64,000 nucleotides of DNA from Lingula anatina (lineage: Eukaryota > Animalia > Brachiopoda). Positions 1 through 14,329 of this stretch are shown here, in pieces (the first letter of the stretch is position 1; each line of letters opens with the position of its first letter). The translations under genes were made by a program, and so were the position numbers. The stretch covers positions 8,804,001 through 8,868,000 of the forward strand of contig CM120647.1 in NCBI GenBank assembly GCA_051362555.1, read 5' to 3'. The notes beneath the pieces were generated by a model that saw nothing but the letters and a program-made list of their open reading frames with translations, made no database searches and was not told the DNA's origin.

Positions 1-1803
1 CGATGTAGGGTTCATGTTAGGTTTGGTGTGAACGTGGTCTTACCAGGGATGGCCCCTTTTTTTCCTCTGATACAGAGATAGCCAGTCTCACACTATTTTA
101 TGGTAATCACTCCCCAATTGTGAACACTTTATTTTGATTAATATAATAACTATTATATAAATATAACTTTTTTTTTAAATTAATCCTTGCTAACTTTTAT
201 AAAAGCAAACTTTCAGACAACAAGCTTAATCACTTTTCACAACTTCTCATTCCCTGTTTTTATTGTAGTATCATCAACAAAAAATAATTTTGCAAAATAT
301 CAGTAATCACTTTCTTTAAATAAGGCAAATAATTCAATAAATATAGATAAATAAATATAGATAAATAAATAAAAGAATAAATGAGGCAGACAATCTGCAC
401 CAAATGAACTATAAAACAACAATCCAGCACAGTGCTGTAGCACAACATGAGTTTCGGTGATTGCCACTTCATATTCACATTTAATACATAATATCTACAA
501 GTATTACACACTGTCTCAAGAAGGTCTAGACAGTTCTCAAGATGGATGGCCTGTCTGGATGAGACAATGTCTGACTTCAGTTAACTTAAGGGGTCATTCA
601 GCTAGCTTTTTTTCTTTAAATATATTTATGTATATTCCAAGTTTGTAATTGGACATGCAAGCAATGATACTTTTAAAAAGAAAGAAAAAAGCCTCCGACC
701 TCAAACATAAAAGGACTTAAATAACAACTACCAATCTGCATACAGGTGTATATAAACCAAAAAATAGAAAAAATTAATAAAATATTTTGAGCAGTGGCCC
801 CATCTAATGTTATTAGCATTAATTGCTAACAACAAGAAATAAAATCATAAAAATGAAAGAACCGAGTTCATGCTAAAGGAAACAGTAGGCCACACCCTCC
901 ATCCTCTTTATAAAAAAACTGCTTTGCTATAGAACAAATCTTCATAATATTTCATTGGGTTTACTGAAACAAAACTATATCCAAGCCATAGTCCCCAAGC
1001 AATGAAAATTCCACATGTTAAGTACATTTCCCCCAGGCACTTTGTATGTTGATATCTGCAGGCTAACCTGGCATTTTCCTTAATATATTCTATATGTATG
1101 TAAACTTTATAAGCTTCACGTTCAATTTATCTAAAAATATTCTAACCTGGACAGAATTTTTTTTACAATGATCAACACATAGTAGACACTGAATGATCAT
1201 AAAAATTTCAAAACTTTTCGGGCTTTTTTTTTCTATTCTTGCTTGAAACTTTCTATTCTTGCTTGAAAGTCTTGCTAGACTGCTTGACTACATGTACCTT
1301 ACAAGACAAAAAAGTTTCCATACTTAAAACCATTGTTTTTAATTCTAACTAATGCACAGTCAGCAAGCCTTTTAATTAAGTCTACATATCATATCTTAAC
1401 TCAGGGTTTGGGGTACAGACATCAATACATTTTGTCCATTTTAAAAGTCTAAACTATAACAGATGACTTTGATATTACTTGGAAATATACTGCAACACTA
1501 TTTCTCAATCACAGCCATTTTCTCATTTTCATTCACACTAGATGCCTTTATAGTTTAGCTACCAGTACCCTTTCATAAAAGAATTACCTTCTCTTCCTAG
1601 ACCTCAAAATGGAAGAGTTGTTAGTCATGATGATGTCTCATGCTAGAAACCATTATCAAGTTACACACAGGCAACCCACACACTGCATGCAATGATGTTT
1701 GCAGAGATTTATGGTATTAAAAAAGTTAATGAAATTAAATTAAGGAACAAAGAAGAAGCTTGAAGGTTTTATCAGTGATGTTTTTTTTTTCAGTACCACC
1801 AAT

Positions 1804-2163
1804 TTAAGGGATATCAACTGTTCATTTTGGCCAAAAAATGGATTTTCCAGGGGTAAAGGACATTTTCCCCAAACTTACAGATGGTAAATGAATCCATTCT
1901 GACATTCAAAGTTAGTTCCTAGTTTATTAATTTTTTTCTAAAAAGTTTTTTTCTTCTTTTTTTTTGTAATAATCTCTCAAGAGATTATTACAGAGGGTAG
2001 CCATCTATGGAGGTCACATGGTCCACTGGCAAGCAGCGGTTCGGGAATAATTGCGATAACTGACGTTTTGGTGGTCAAATAGAATTCATAATATTTCTAT
2101 GATTTATTTACCATGCATTTATTGTGAAATATACACCTCATACAAAGAGTTGTTATTCCTTAA
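1804..2163. mobile_element. Non-autonomous TTAA-flanked DNA element (Kolobok-like), copy 1
   Basis: TTAA at both ends; imperfect TIRs (gggatatcaactgtt / aagagttgttattcc); aligns in reverse orientation with 47231-47575. Confidence 0.65.
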
Positions 2164-2820
2164 AGTCTCAGATTCAAAGGTATCAAAAGTAAAATTTGCT
2201 TCAAGTTCATACACCTCCTTGGTTACATATATGCAGTAAGTCTGTCTTTAACAGTCACAAAATAATGAAAAACAGATCTTTATCTTAGAATTCAGAAAGC
2301 ACCAGCTTGCATATCAAAATATCACATCAGAAAGACAGAAAACATCTATTGTAAAGAAGTACTGCCTCTATGAATAACTGACTAATGATAAGTAAGCTTA
2401 ATTATTGCCTATACTAAATGAATGGCCAAAACAATTGGACCAATTAATGAACGAATGGACATTGAGTGGACAGTGGCACAAACGAGTCTAAATAGACAGA
2501 CTGTACAAGATGAGAATTAATGAATGCATCTATTAAGATTAAGTGTCAACTAAAGTTCAAGTCCATTATTTGTAAATTTAAGGGTCTCATCATATCTCAC
2601 AGTCCATTAAACAGAAGGTTCCACGGGTTAGATGTTGGTTCTTTAATCAAAAAGTTTATGATCTATGGAATCTGTTGCCTTCACAAGTGAATCTGGGACT
2701 GAAAATTGGCCTTAATTTTATGACCAATAATTATGGTCCACTTTAATCCATGATAAATGTGTAGTGGTCAACTAGAATAAAGAATAAATTGGTCAAAATC
2801 TTTCCATTTCATTCCCTCTG

Positions 2821-3094
2821 GTCGTATTCAAAACAGGGGATCCTTGGATATACTGGTCCACGGGTCAAATATGGCAAATCCATGAAAGCAAGATGACCTA
2901 ATCCTTTAATGGTCTCCCCACCTCAACACAGATTAAATTTCACCTTCGAGGTTTAATTGCTCGGCCCCTGCAGGGAAGGTGCGTGTGGAGGCGGGAAGAC
3001 CATTAAGGGACTAGGGGGTCTTGCTTTCATGCAGGGTCCGCCATATTTGATTCGCAAAGAGTAGATACGAGTATCATCTGTTGTAAATGAGACC
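2821..3094. mobile_element. Fold-back MITE with long imperfect inverted arms (AAATATGGC core)
   Basis: tcaaatatggc...catgaaagcaaga...cctttaatggtct pairs with agaccattaaggg...tcttgctttcatg...gccatatttga; related termini at ~14985-15140 and 33778-33973. Confidence 0.6.
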
Positions 3095-3152
3095 TCTCTC
3101 TCTCCCTCTCTCTCTCTTTGTATACAAGTACTATCATGCCATATTTGCTTAC

Positions 3153-3226
3153 CTGAACAGGGGCAATCCCTGTGTTAACTCACTCAAGTGCTCAGTTATT
3201 GCCAGCAGCTCAATGTATTGTTGAAT
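3153..3226 (-). other. Isolated internal exon (74 nt), probably 5' UTR of a gene whose body lies left of the window
   Basis: Strong acceptor tttgttttttccag| and donor CAG|gtaagc flank 74 nt; no recognisable protein similarity. Confidence 0.5.
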
Positions 3227-3748
3227 CTGGAAAAAACAAAATTATCTTAAGAGCTTTTACAGCAGTTGTAAGGCCACTAAATATACCCAGTATATGGCTT
3301 TTTTATGATAATACTTCACTAGTGTAACAGTCTGATTAAATAAGCAGCACTTCACCGACAGCACACTCTAAAGGTTATTCTTAGGTGATAAAAGAAAAAA
3401 AAACATTTATAAGCATCAAGTCAGGGCACTATAAATAATTCATCAACATAAAGAGGTTAAAATAACAAACAGTTATTGTTATCAGTTCAGCAAAATTATT
3501 TTGATTCATTACAGTATATTTACATGACATGGATTTTTATATGAAATGCTTCATCGATTCATTAAACAAATAAATCTGACATGGTGCACGTTCACCTGAG
3601 TGGCAACTTCCTGGTCTAGCTGATAACTCAAGGACCAATTGTTTCTTTATCAGGTTATATCAACCTTTCAGTATATATATCAAATACATAAATAAGTTTA
3701 CTGAACAAAAATAAGTTTATCGAGCACCAATGGCAGATCAAGTGTGTA

Positions 3749-3782
<34 letters not shown>

Positions 3783-4768
3783 GGAGGGGGGGAGAGTGGG
3801 CTGAACAATACAACAAGCAAGACAAACCAAGCAATTTTCTATCCTTATTTACTACAATCTTTGCCCAACAGTAAAAAATAGTAAAATTTCCTAGTTTTCT
3901 CTTTAAGTATATAAACTCTACAATGGAAATTTGCAGGGGTGGTTTGTGGAGTGAATAAAAACACAGAAATGAAATGAAATGAATGAATAAATATTGAAAA
4001 TTGTGGTGTTTTTTGTTCAAGTTTTTATTCAGTTCAGATTTCAAAAAGAAAGTAAATTTGCAAAAATGAAGAAATAAGTAATAAAAATAAATGAATCTTT
4101 TTAAAGCTGGCTTTCATGATCCTGGGCAATTCATTGAATAAAACAAATTTGAACAAGGGATTTTTTTCTGCACTGTTTTATCAGATTTCGTGTTGAACGT
4201 GATCAAATTTAACGAGGCTGCGTCTGGTGAAATGAAATGGGAATCGCCCCAGATAGCCTAAAACAAGGACATTGACACTGCCTAATGTTGAACAAGAATA
4301 GAAAATGTGATAATTTGCATGAGGTACACTGTAGCAATCAGGCTAAAACTATACACTGACAATATTCCACAGAAAGCAATTACAAAAGCATCCCCCCCCA
4401 AAAAAAAAAAAATAAATAAATAAATAAAAATGCTGTAGAAAAAAACTATAATTTGACAGAACTTAAGTGAAAACAAAAAGAAAACAAAAAGAAACAAAAA
4501 GAAAAACTGGCTAAAATCAGTCAGTTTTCTGTCACTTGCTAGTCGGCCATTATTTCTCACCATGCACACATTCATCCTGCAAAATCGCTTGATTTTATGC
4601 AAAGATACGCAACTTTTGGCTATCTCAGATGATTTGCATTATATACAGAATAAATATAAATATGAATACAGTATCATTTATGCACATTAATATAGTTTGC
4701 ATGCAGAAATATAATTACATCCTATCCTTACAACTGGCTGACATTCTCTGAAAGCAATGTCTCTCTCT

Positions 4769-4807
<39 letters not shown>

Positions 4808-6289
4808 TACTCACACACACACACACTTATCGAAAAGATCAACAATTCACTTTGCTTGATAACGTTAAGTGTCTCTACTTTGTTAACTGGATCACATCTG
4901 AGACTCACATGGAAGTGATATTATGAAGTCATGCAGCAGCATATAGAGCTGCACATAACGTACCATACAGGCAAAAAAGGCTCCACACAAAATGAAAATT
5001 CCCTCCAGTACTAATTATTTTGAGCCACCAGCAAAACTGTAAGTGTGAATCCTGCAGCAGAAACACTTATATATTCATGATTTTGTTGCTTTGGGGTAAA
5101 AATTTTGGTTTTTGGGGCTGTGCACAGTACATTGCTGGCAGTCATACCGCATGTTAAATATTAACCTCTGAGTTCAAAAGAATAAAATAAACAACAACAA
5201 TAATATTTGGGTCATGTTGAGGGAAACTGCAGGTAACCAAACCCCGCTTAATCGAATATCATACCTGGTATATTCATTTACTTTTCACACAATATATTGC
5301 ACATACTTTACACCCTGAGTTTGATTGTTTCAATGAAATGATTAGGAAGGTATTGGAGAAAAGAGTGTCACTGTCATATCCGTAAAACTCAGGGTGATAC
5401 ACAGCTAATACGCCAGGTCCTAAAACATGCTGGTGATATATGTACTTTATGACTGATATATAAATTTGACTTTGTATAAAGCTACTTTGTTTTGCTGCAT
5501 GACTATATGATATGACAGAAAAGATACTATTTACAATCTAAATATTTCTCTCAGCAGTTTTTGTTTATTATAATTTTTACTTTTTGGGGGTGGGGGCCGG
5601 GTGGACAGGGGGCAGCCGTTATCAAAGAAACAATAAAGTATGCAAGTTCTTCACTTCTGAAGATATTTTTTTCCACCCTGGGTTCCACACTGTGACTTTC
5701 CACTCTCATGATGACGATTAACTTAAAGTAAAAAAATGAATGGAAACCACCATCAGTGTATGAGGTAACTCTGTGTCTTCAAACTCGGGGTGATGGGGAG
5801 CGCATATAAACACCATGACCATCACTCTCAAACTCAGGGTGTTTCTTCTGGGACATACTGTACTCTCACTGTCCTCATGAAACTAATGCAAAAAATCTTT
5901 GAACGGAGGTCAGCATCAGTACCCTGAAACTCGAGGCAACAGATAAAGTTTGCTGGGTGAAGGGAAGTAACTGTCCCAGCCCTCAAACCCAGGGTGAATG
6001 GGAGTTTGCACGATTACAGTCATGTCATCACCATATCCCTCTGAAACTCAGGGTGGTTATTGCAGGCATACAGTACTCTCACCGTCACATGAACGGAATG
6101 ATTTCTCTTCCTACAATAATGTTATGTTCTTACCTGACATTAGTAGGCCAACCGGCGAACAATATAACAACATCAAAAGTCATGCAAAGTAAGGAATACC
6201 CGCAGTACAGTAGTTTACATGACAAACAGGGACACAGACTATATATAGTCAGAAAGGCTTAATAATATGCCTCAATTTGCCAACTTAGG

Positions 6290-6700
6290 GTGTCACGAAG
6301 CGCCCCATGTTAGGCTACTCACAACAAGGGGCGAGTCATGTTTGGGGTTTCTGTAGTGAACTTGTATTTCACCACGTTTACATCGATGTGCCGCGAACCG
6401 TGAACGCAGATTTTATGCGATACAAGATAGTGGTTGAATTGCCCCTGCCTATACAAGCTACGTTTTACTCACCTAAACTGAAAATACGGTACATTCACAG
6501 TTACAGGTCCGATAAAGTCATGTATAAGCTGTAAATCATGGGTCCATGTCCCTAACTTCCAGGTAAGACGAGTTAAAATGACTCTTTCCTTTCCAAAACA
6601 GGTGGTAGTGAAATTGACGTAGGTCCGCGAGTTTTGGGGAGAGCCGGGCGGTATAGTAAATTATGTTTAACACTAAATAAGCGGCATTTCTTGATCTCGT
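6290..6700 (-). promoter_or_regulatory. CpG-enriched putative promoter and first non-coding exon of the left-hand minus-strand gene
   Basis: Local CpG enrichment like that around the AK2/SNX17 starts; minus-strand donor TTAG|gtgagt at 6473/6472. Confidence 0.4.
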
Positions 6701-7584
6701 AGCCAAAATAGATCAATACAAGAGCCTAAGTAAAATAGATTGTAATATTTTTTAATACACCGTTGTAGTTAAACATAGTAATATCGTATTCATCACATAA
6801 AGATCGTAATTAATTCACTTTCTTTTTTTTTCTTTCTGCACTCCCCCGATAGTGACTCATGACAAAATAGAACAAGGCAATATGTCACCTTTTGGAGACG
6901 TCCAAAAGTACTTAGGAGAAATCCGAAGAAAAAAAAAAACTCATCAAGCCCGGGCTATCAGGATATATGATAAACTTGCTAGTCTGTATAAATCTTACCA
7001 ATGTTTTATAAATGTTGACATTTATGGCGTCTTTTGTGTAGCTGCTAGCGTATCGGTGAAATATTTGATCAATTTATTGCCGCGGGATTATTAAACCAAT
7101 TAAAATGTAAACTTTTAGCCGTCGTTTAAACATGAACCGGTTCTAGTAGCAAGGGGACATTAAATTCAGGATGTAAAATGTATCTTTAAACCAAATAGGC
7201 CCTATATTAAATTTTAACTGAAAGTAATTTGTGTTTGTGTTGGGGGGGGGGGGGGGGTGGAGGGGGGGAGACGATCTCAGCCTAATTGAAAATGTTTCTT
7301 GCAATGCATGCCACGCAAAGAAAAAGCATGTACATTTTTATATTGTTTTTTTTTTTATAGATTTTTCCCATTCCCCAAAATTTCCCTTTTTTCCGAGCTC
7401 TTACGATGTGCACTGACATCCTTAAACTCCTTAGAATAAACATGCAGTTTACCCTCCCACCTAAAAAAATTAATTATTTCAAATGTAAAGATATTAAGCA
7501 CTTTTGAATTCCCCGTTTCAGCAGCCCAAGTTCTACAGAGAACTCGCATGCCTCCACTACAAATGATACTGGGTACTTTATACT

Positions 7585-7882
7585 GTTACAGGATTATTTG
7601 AAGGGGGTCCGTTTTTTAGGACTGATTGGGCTCGGATGCATAGCTGACCCTCGCCCTCTTGGTGTGCTCAAGGCCCCCCCAAAATTTTGTTTTTCATTTT
7701 TATTATTATTTTTTTTTTAATAATCTATTTATTTATTTTGTTTGTGTTTGTGGGAGGGGAATAAACGGTGCCATTTGATACGGTTTAGAACCAGTAAAAC
7801 TTGTTATTTCAAGAGGGGAATATTGGTGTGTAATTTTTTTCAGAAACCGAAGGGTGTAAGGATCCCCCCAAAATCCGCTACT
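7585..7882 (+). mobile_element. Degenerate copy of the short element also at 11871-12180
   Basis: Shared blocks ctcggatgc, cttggtgtg, atttcaagaggggaatattggtgtg, agaaaccgaa and terminal aatccgctactg. Confidence 0.55.
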
Positions 7883-9061
7883 GGTACAGGGTTGTGCATC
7901 TGAAACTCAAGGTGTAAAGCCATTTGCTGATATACATTTCCCCTTAAATGCCTCCCTGTGCATTAAATACACCCTTAATATGATCAAGATACCATCATAT
8001 AGTACAATGTCATGCTAACGCAAGATGCATGAAGGAGATTTCAATCTTGCAAGGCTTTCGTTGACTGAAGTTAAGTCGGGCCTAAACAAAAAGAATTAAT
8101 GAAGGCCTGGAAATCGGTTAAAAATTTTAGACCAAAATTTTAGTCTACTTTGGCTCGTGATCAATCAGTAATCCAGTTAAATGAAATGTTAGTCCGTTTT
8201 CTAACAGGCTAGGCATCATTTGCTTATGTTTCAGACTACTATGTGATGTCTGAGCTCCTGTGGTTTTCATCCAATTCTTGTACCGAAACAGACCAAAGTT
8301 TTGTGCTAAAAGTTTAGACTAAATTTCGGACTACAGCTGGCAGCTAATGCTCTCTCATTCACTGTTCTCCGCACGGGGAAATACCAAATTACTGCAAAGA
8401 GCTTGAATTTTTAACATTTGCCTGCTTCTTTGAACGTCGTCTTGACAAGGCCACAGAAAGGTTGACATTGTTTCGTGACGACGTTCAATTAACGTCGTTA
8501 AGGTCAATGTCACACAACTCTGCCTTTGTGTTACATATCAATAGCGCATTTACTTCCTTCACTGCCTTACATGTACTTATACAGGGTACCTTAAGATATA
8601 CATTGTACTATCCGCGTTTGAAATTGCTCCAAAGTCATATTTTGTATGTCTATATATCCAACAAAACTATTTATCTTTCCCAAAATCCAGACCTTAAAAT
8701 TGACAAAACCTGTTAAAAATAAATGTAGCTGATGTTAGTTTTTCCTTCTGAAATGTGGCAGTCGGTACCTACCCGAAATTACCGACATGATGAAAAGCCT
8801 AAAAAAACCTTTAAAATAGACTTCAATTATGTAATAACATTTATCAAAATTATTAAGAAAGTGTTTTCAAGTAAACCTGATAGTTGATTGGCGTTTGTCA
8901 TGAATTAATGAATTGTTTTAACTTCATTTTAGATAATTCATTCTAATAAATTCCTAACAAGGTCCGCTAACACAGGAGTAGTGAAAGGTTTAGCGGGCAA
9001 AACTTGTCAGAAGCAAGTAAGGTTGAATAGTACACCACAGTCATTTGAAAGACAAGTTGGG

Positions 9062-9667
9062 AAGTCCATTCCATAAGAGGGGTGACAGGTGGGGGGAGTC
9101 CATTTCATAAGAGGGGTGACAGGTGGGGCGAGTCCATTGTCATAGAAGGGGTGACAGGTGGGGCGAGTCCATTGTCATAGAAGGGGTGACAGGTGGGGCG
9201 AGTCCATTCCATAAAAGGGGTGACAGGTGGGGCGAGTCCATTCCATAAGAGGGGTGACAGGTGGGGCGAGTCCATTGCATAAGAGGGGTGACAGGTGGGG
9301 CGGGTCCATTGCATTTGAGGGGTGACAGGTGGGGCGAGTTCATTGCATAAGAGGGGTGACAGGTGGGGCGGGTCCATTGCATTTGAGGGGTGACAGGTGG
9401 GGCGAGTCCATTGCATTTGAGGGGTGACAGGTGGGGCGAGTTCATTGCATAAGAGGGGTGACAGGTGGGGCGGGTCCATTGCATAAGAGGGGTGACAGGT
9501 GGGACGGGTCCATTGCATTTGAGGGGTGACAGGTGGGGCGAGTCCATTGCATTTGAGGGGTGACAGGTGGGGCGAGTCCATTGCATTTGAGGGGTGACAG
9601 GTGGGGCGAGTCCATTGCATTTGAGGGGTGACAGGTGGGGCGAGTCCATTGCATTTGAGGGGTGACA
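9062..9667. repeat. G-rich minisatellite, 34(-35)-bp unit GTCCATTGCATTTGAGGGGTGACAGGTGGGGCGA, about 17-18 copies
   Basis: Direct tandem array; accounts for ORFs 9105..9785, 9140..9649 and 9442..9654. Confidence 0.97.
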
Positions 9668-11870
9668 TTTGGTTCAGAGAACCAGAACTGAAGACATTGT
9701 TCTGTAATACCCTCAGAAATAAAATTTTTTGGACAATTTCAGCCGGATCCATTAAAAAAAAAAGTAAATTGATTGAAGCTGACATCAGAATCCTCCCACG
9801 TGCAAATTATTATTATTATGTTCAAATATCAAATTAATTCTTATGCTAAGAATAGGCCGCCAAATTAAAACAATTTACGATAGCAAATTCAGAACCCCTC
9901 GAAATGGGAACCTCCCTATATAAGAAAATATAGGAAAATTTATATCCAAATGAATTAGTTCCATATGATATAGAACATAAATTTCATGTGAATTTTTTAA
10001 AAACCAGGATTGTAAATTTATATAAATTTGAACTATAAAATGTTGGAAACCATTTAACATATTTTATTTCAGTGCGCTGAAACAGCTTAGTAAATACTGG
10101 TCATTTTACAACTATTTAAAATTTAGGTACCTCAGAAAACCGTCAATCACAAAAACATTGACTTTATACAAGATTAGATTGAATTTGAAAATCCTCAAAC
10201 ATTTAAAAACTCATTTTCCATTATGATTGCTACTATACTTATCATAATAATTTTATAACAAAGTGAAAAATAAAACGCCAAATTACAAAAGTTTTTATTA
10301 TCATTATTATTATTTTTTATTGAGTTTTCATATAATAGATGTACGAAGGAGCGTGGGTTCCTGTGTGTGAAACGAAGGCTAGACTTCATAGGTTACTTTC
10401 AGGCGGATGCTGTGCAGAATCTCGTTGAGCACCTGAAAAGATAACATAATGTTTACAACTTTGAACAAAACAGACAGGCTCTTTACATTCTAATGACGCA
10501 TGTAATATCACAGGGCAGACGGCACATATAAATGAAACGGCATGTACCTTTCTGAAGTAGTCGGATGTTCAGGTTCAGCTAGCGCAAAACCAAAATTATG
10601 ATCTGGAATTAGTTAATGCTGTTACTATTTGAGGCCTGTTGTTGAAAAGTAACATTGATAGCACAACCCGTTTCATTTGCAGAGTGGGTGAGGTTATTGC
10701 TACGACCGGTAATATATTCCTCTTGATAGTAAAAGTTATAACACGTGTTGTAGTACATGTTGTCACATTTCAGAAAAAGAGATCATTTAAAAATTCTTTT
10801 CGAAAATTATAACAAATATGTTGCACATATATAATAAGTTTTCGAACAGTGAACCGTGTAATGGATGGACAACACACGGCACAATAGAGACAACAGGCTG
10901 TGTAAAATGTATCTGTTAATTTTTGCGTAATGAGCACTCGAAATCCTTGGATCAGAAGCTCAGAACTGTGACAAGCATAATCTAATTAATTAATTTCGGC
11001 GGTAATACTTGCATTTAAACACACACGACATTTTAAATTAGGTCAAAATATTCCAAATTAATTGTCAAGGTCGGGGCACACAAAATGTTCAAACAGAGGG
11101 TAACAAGGTGCAGAGAATTTCAAGCAAAAGTCAGATGAATGCGCCGTTTGTCCTGAACATTTGGAGTCCCAGTGCACTGTAAGCAATAATTTCTACCTTC
11201 CTCGGTGACATACACGTAACAATGGAAATATAGTAAAAAGGTTCATGTCATAACTATTTGTCGTGAATGTTTTTTCATTCTTCTGCGCCTTTAATATTTA
11301 ATGGCTGTGGTTGATGAAGAATAGAAATAGTGATACTCACAAACATACATTTGCTTCCACGCCTTATAAAAGCTCGGCTTTCTGACTGCACCACACATAC
11401 TGTTACGTCCACTACACCCGACTCTGTCTAACTGCCAAGTGAGCAGTCGGGAAGACAGCTCGCACCACGATGAACAACTTGTTGTTATGCAAATGACTAC
11501 AGGTATAGCTCATTTTAGGTGAGAGGTTGATACTGAAACAAAATTAAATTTTCAGCATCAAGCCCATGTTCGCCATTCATGGAATCAGAAGTTAGGTTTA
11601 AACCAGAACAAAGACGCGAGACAACAATAATGTATGAATCATATTATTTTGAATTTCTCATAGTCATATATATATATAACAACTTGTACCAGATTTTTGA
11701 CGGGTCTTTCATGTGGTCAGGCCCCTGATAAAAGGTCAAGGTTAATGTGAATGAGAACGTGTAACAAGAACCGAATACAGTTTGGTTGGTTCTAGTATGA
11801 CTACTGAAAAACACGCTTGGTCTCTCTATTTATTTTGTCGACTGACTTATTTACCAATCAGACTGTTAAC

Positions 11871-12180
11871 GTGGGCGGATTCAGGATTGTTTCAAAGGGG
11901 GGGGGGGTGGGGGGTGGGGGGGGGGGGGGCGTAACGACAGACCTCGGATGCGAAGCCGACCATCGCCCCCTTGGTGTGGGGTTTGGGGCCTGCTCAAGGG
12001 CCCCGAAAATTTTATGGTTTTCGGGAGATCAAACAGTGCCCTTTGGTACTGTTAAGAACTATGATTTAGCTAGTCAAAATTCTAATTTCAAGAGGGGAAT
12101 ATTGGTGTGATATATTTTTTAGAAACCGAAAAGGGGGGGGGGGGGGGAGGACCCCCTGGCCCCCTCTAAATCAGCCACTG
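11871..12180 (+). mobile_element. MITE-like element with poly-G tracts and GGCGGATT / AATCAGCC termini
   Basis: Imperfect TIR; second copy at 7585-7882. Confidence 0.55.
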
Positions 12181-12736
12181 GTGATTTAAACATTTAGGAA
12201 TGAATTATCAGATTTTGCAAATATCGAGACACCAAACAGCATAAGACATTGCTCGGACAAATTGCGAATTACGTTATTTTGTCCATGAACATTGCAACAA
12301 TATTTACTAAAAAGCGGCAAAGCTGTAAAATTGACAACTATAATGGTTAAAAATGATAAAAGCAGCGACAGAGAAATATTTCTTCGGATCCACACTAAGA
12401 CAATAAAAATTTAAAATAATAGTAATAATAATAGTTTGTCTGAGAAAAATTTGCGACAGTATTTTCTTTTTATTGTGTTTGCAAGTGTTTTTAAATTCTA
12501 GGGAAACATAAGTTTATGAAAGCTGAAAAATTAACAAAACAAATAAATAAATAGATAAATAAATAAATCATTCAATAAGATATAAAAGAAATTCAGTTTA
12601 TCCTATGAATGATTTATACAAGTTTACATTATATAGTAGTTTTCTTTTTTATCAATTGCATTTGTGAGTAAGGAAATTAAAATGGCAACATGGCCTGCCC
12701 TCAATAGATATGGAAATGTGAGGACAGACAGTGTGT

Positions 12737-12767
<31 letters not shown>

Positions 12768-14329
12768 GGGGGGAGGGGGGGTGCGTGGGGGGGTTAGCAC
12801 CGTACATATAAGGTATCCAAGCAAACCGTGTGGTAGCGACCTCTTCATCATTAAACACACAACGTCTATGAAAATCGACGGATGAAGAGTTCCCATTGTG
12901 TTGGAGGAGATCTGCATAAGAGTCCCCATTGTAGTAGAGTTTCCTCATGTTAGAGGGAAACTACATGGGAATCTTCCTCTGTAGTCAAATCAATACAAAA
13001 CGCCTAAAAGTTATAAATGACAAGTTCCACTACTTCCTCCTATCTTCGGTCAAAAAGTTCTAGAGGCGCAGAATGTATGACAAATATTTATGCCTGCATT
13101 AGTCATATTTTACAAGAGCCTGTCTATTTAGCCAAAAATTGTAAACATTTCCCTTTTCTGGGTAAGAGTCCAGTTCCAACTTAAAACTCATACTAAGCTT
13201 TATTAGAAAGCGAACATCAAATACATTTTCCAAAACAAACAAATGAAAATTTGGTTTGAGTAGATGAACAATTTGATCTTTAAGAAATTCAAGCTTTTAG
13301 AACTTAAGTTCTGGTGAGACACCAGCTGTAGATATTCATATAAGACAAAACACTTCCAAGAATGTTGCATTTTATTACAACTTTTTCCTTCTCTTCACAT
13401 GATCTGGTGACCGTGCAATTGTTTACTTATTTGCAAAAGTAAACCTTTATTTGCACAATTAAGTCGAATCCTAAAACAGCATACCATTAAATCTTTTGAT
13501 CTTAACAGCAATTATAGATTCTAGATGTTTTTCAAGTATTCTCATACAAACCCAATTAAAATTCTAGTCAATTTTCTAATTCTTTGTAGTTTTAACTATT
13601 GAAATGTCAAAGACATATTTGATAATTATTTTTCATCCACCTGACACTCAAAAACATCCCAACATATTTTTTGTCAAGAAAAAGTATGAAATGCAAGCTT
13701 ACATTAAAGATATAAGATACACCATATTGTACTGAATGAACACATGAATTCATTAAATATCCTTGACATAGAAATATTAATATTAATTATGCAATGTCAT
13801 TTTCTTTTAAAATGCTTTCAAAACCCATGCAGTTTTGGTCAATGTTGAAGTCTTATTCTGCTGCATGGCTTATGTGATTAACAATAAAAACCGTATTCGA
13901 AGATAGTCTTGTCAATAAGCTATAAAGTTGTACCCCACTTTTCATACTCCAGTCCATAGCTTCCCAGTCACCTTTTCAGTGGTCTATATTGGAAACCACA
14001 GAATGTCTCTGTGACACACAGGAGTTGAAAATAGATTCTGAATATCAGGGTACAACTTTAAGACCGTTACCCTGAACAAATACCTAAATACATTCCCTAG
14101 ATAAGAATGCTTTTTCATATATCTAAATGGTAAAGAATGATAACCATAATCGCTGCTTTTCTTCCTTGCTACTGTACATAAAACAAATTAGGAACACGGA
14201 AATATGACTGTACTGATAATAACATGAAATAGATGCCCTGTTTATGACTACTTATCAACATGGACCATTTTAACCCTGCAACTGCAGTCGTGGAGTCTCC
14301 CTTTACTTTTCTACTTCGAATGTGAAAAC

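Noticed and set aside
9062-9667. CRISPR-like array appearance
   Set aside because: Units are contiguous with no unique spacers, and the DNA is eukaryotic with no cas genes.
9105-9785. 226-aa, 169-aa and 70-aa repetitive ORFs
   Set aside because: They are translations of a 34-bp minisatellite cycling through frames; there is no splice or domain support.
11340-11505. TATA box plus octamer ATGCAAAT and ACTACA, resembling an snRNA-type promoter
   Set aside because: No recognisable snRNA or other structured RNA sequence at the expected position on either strand.
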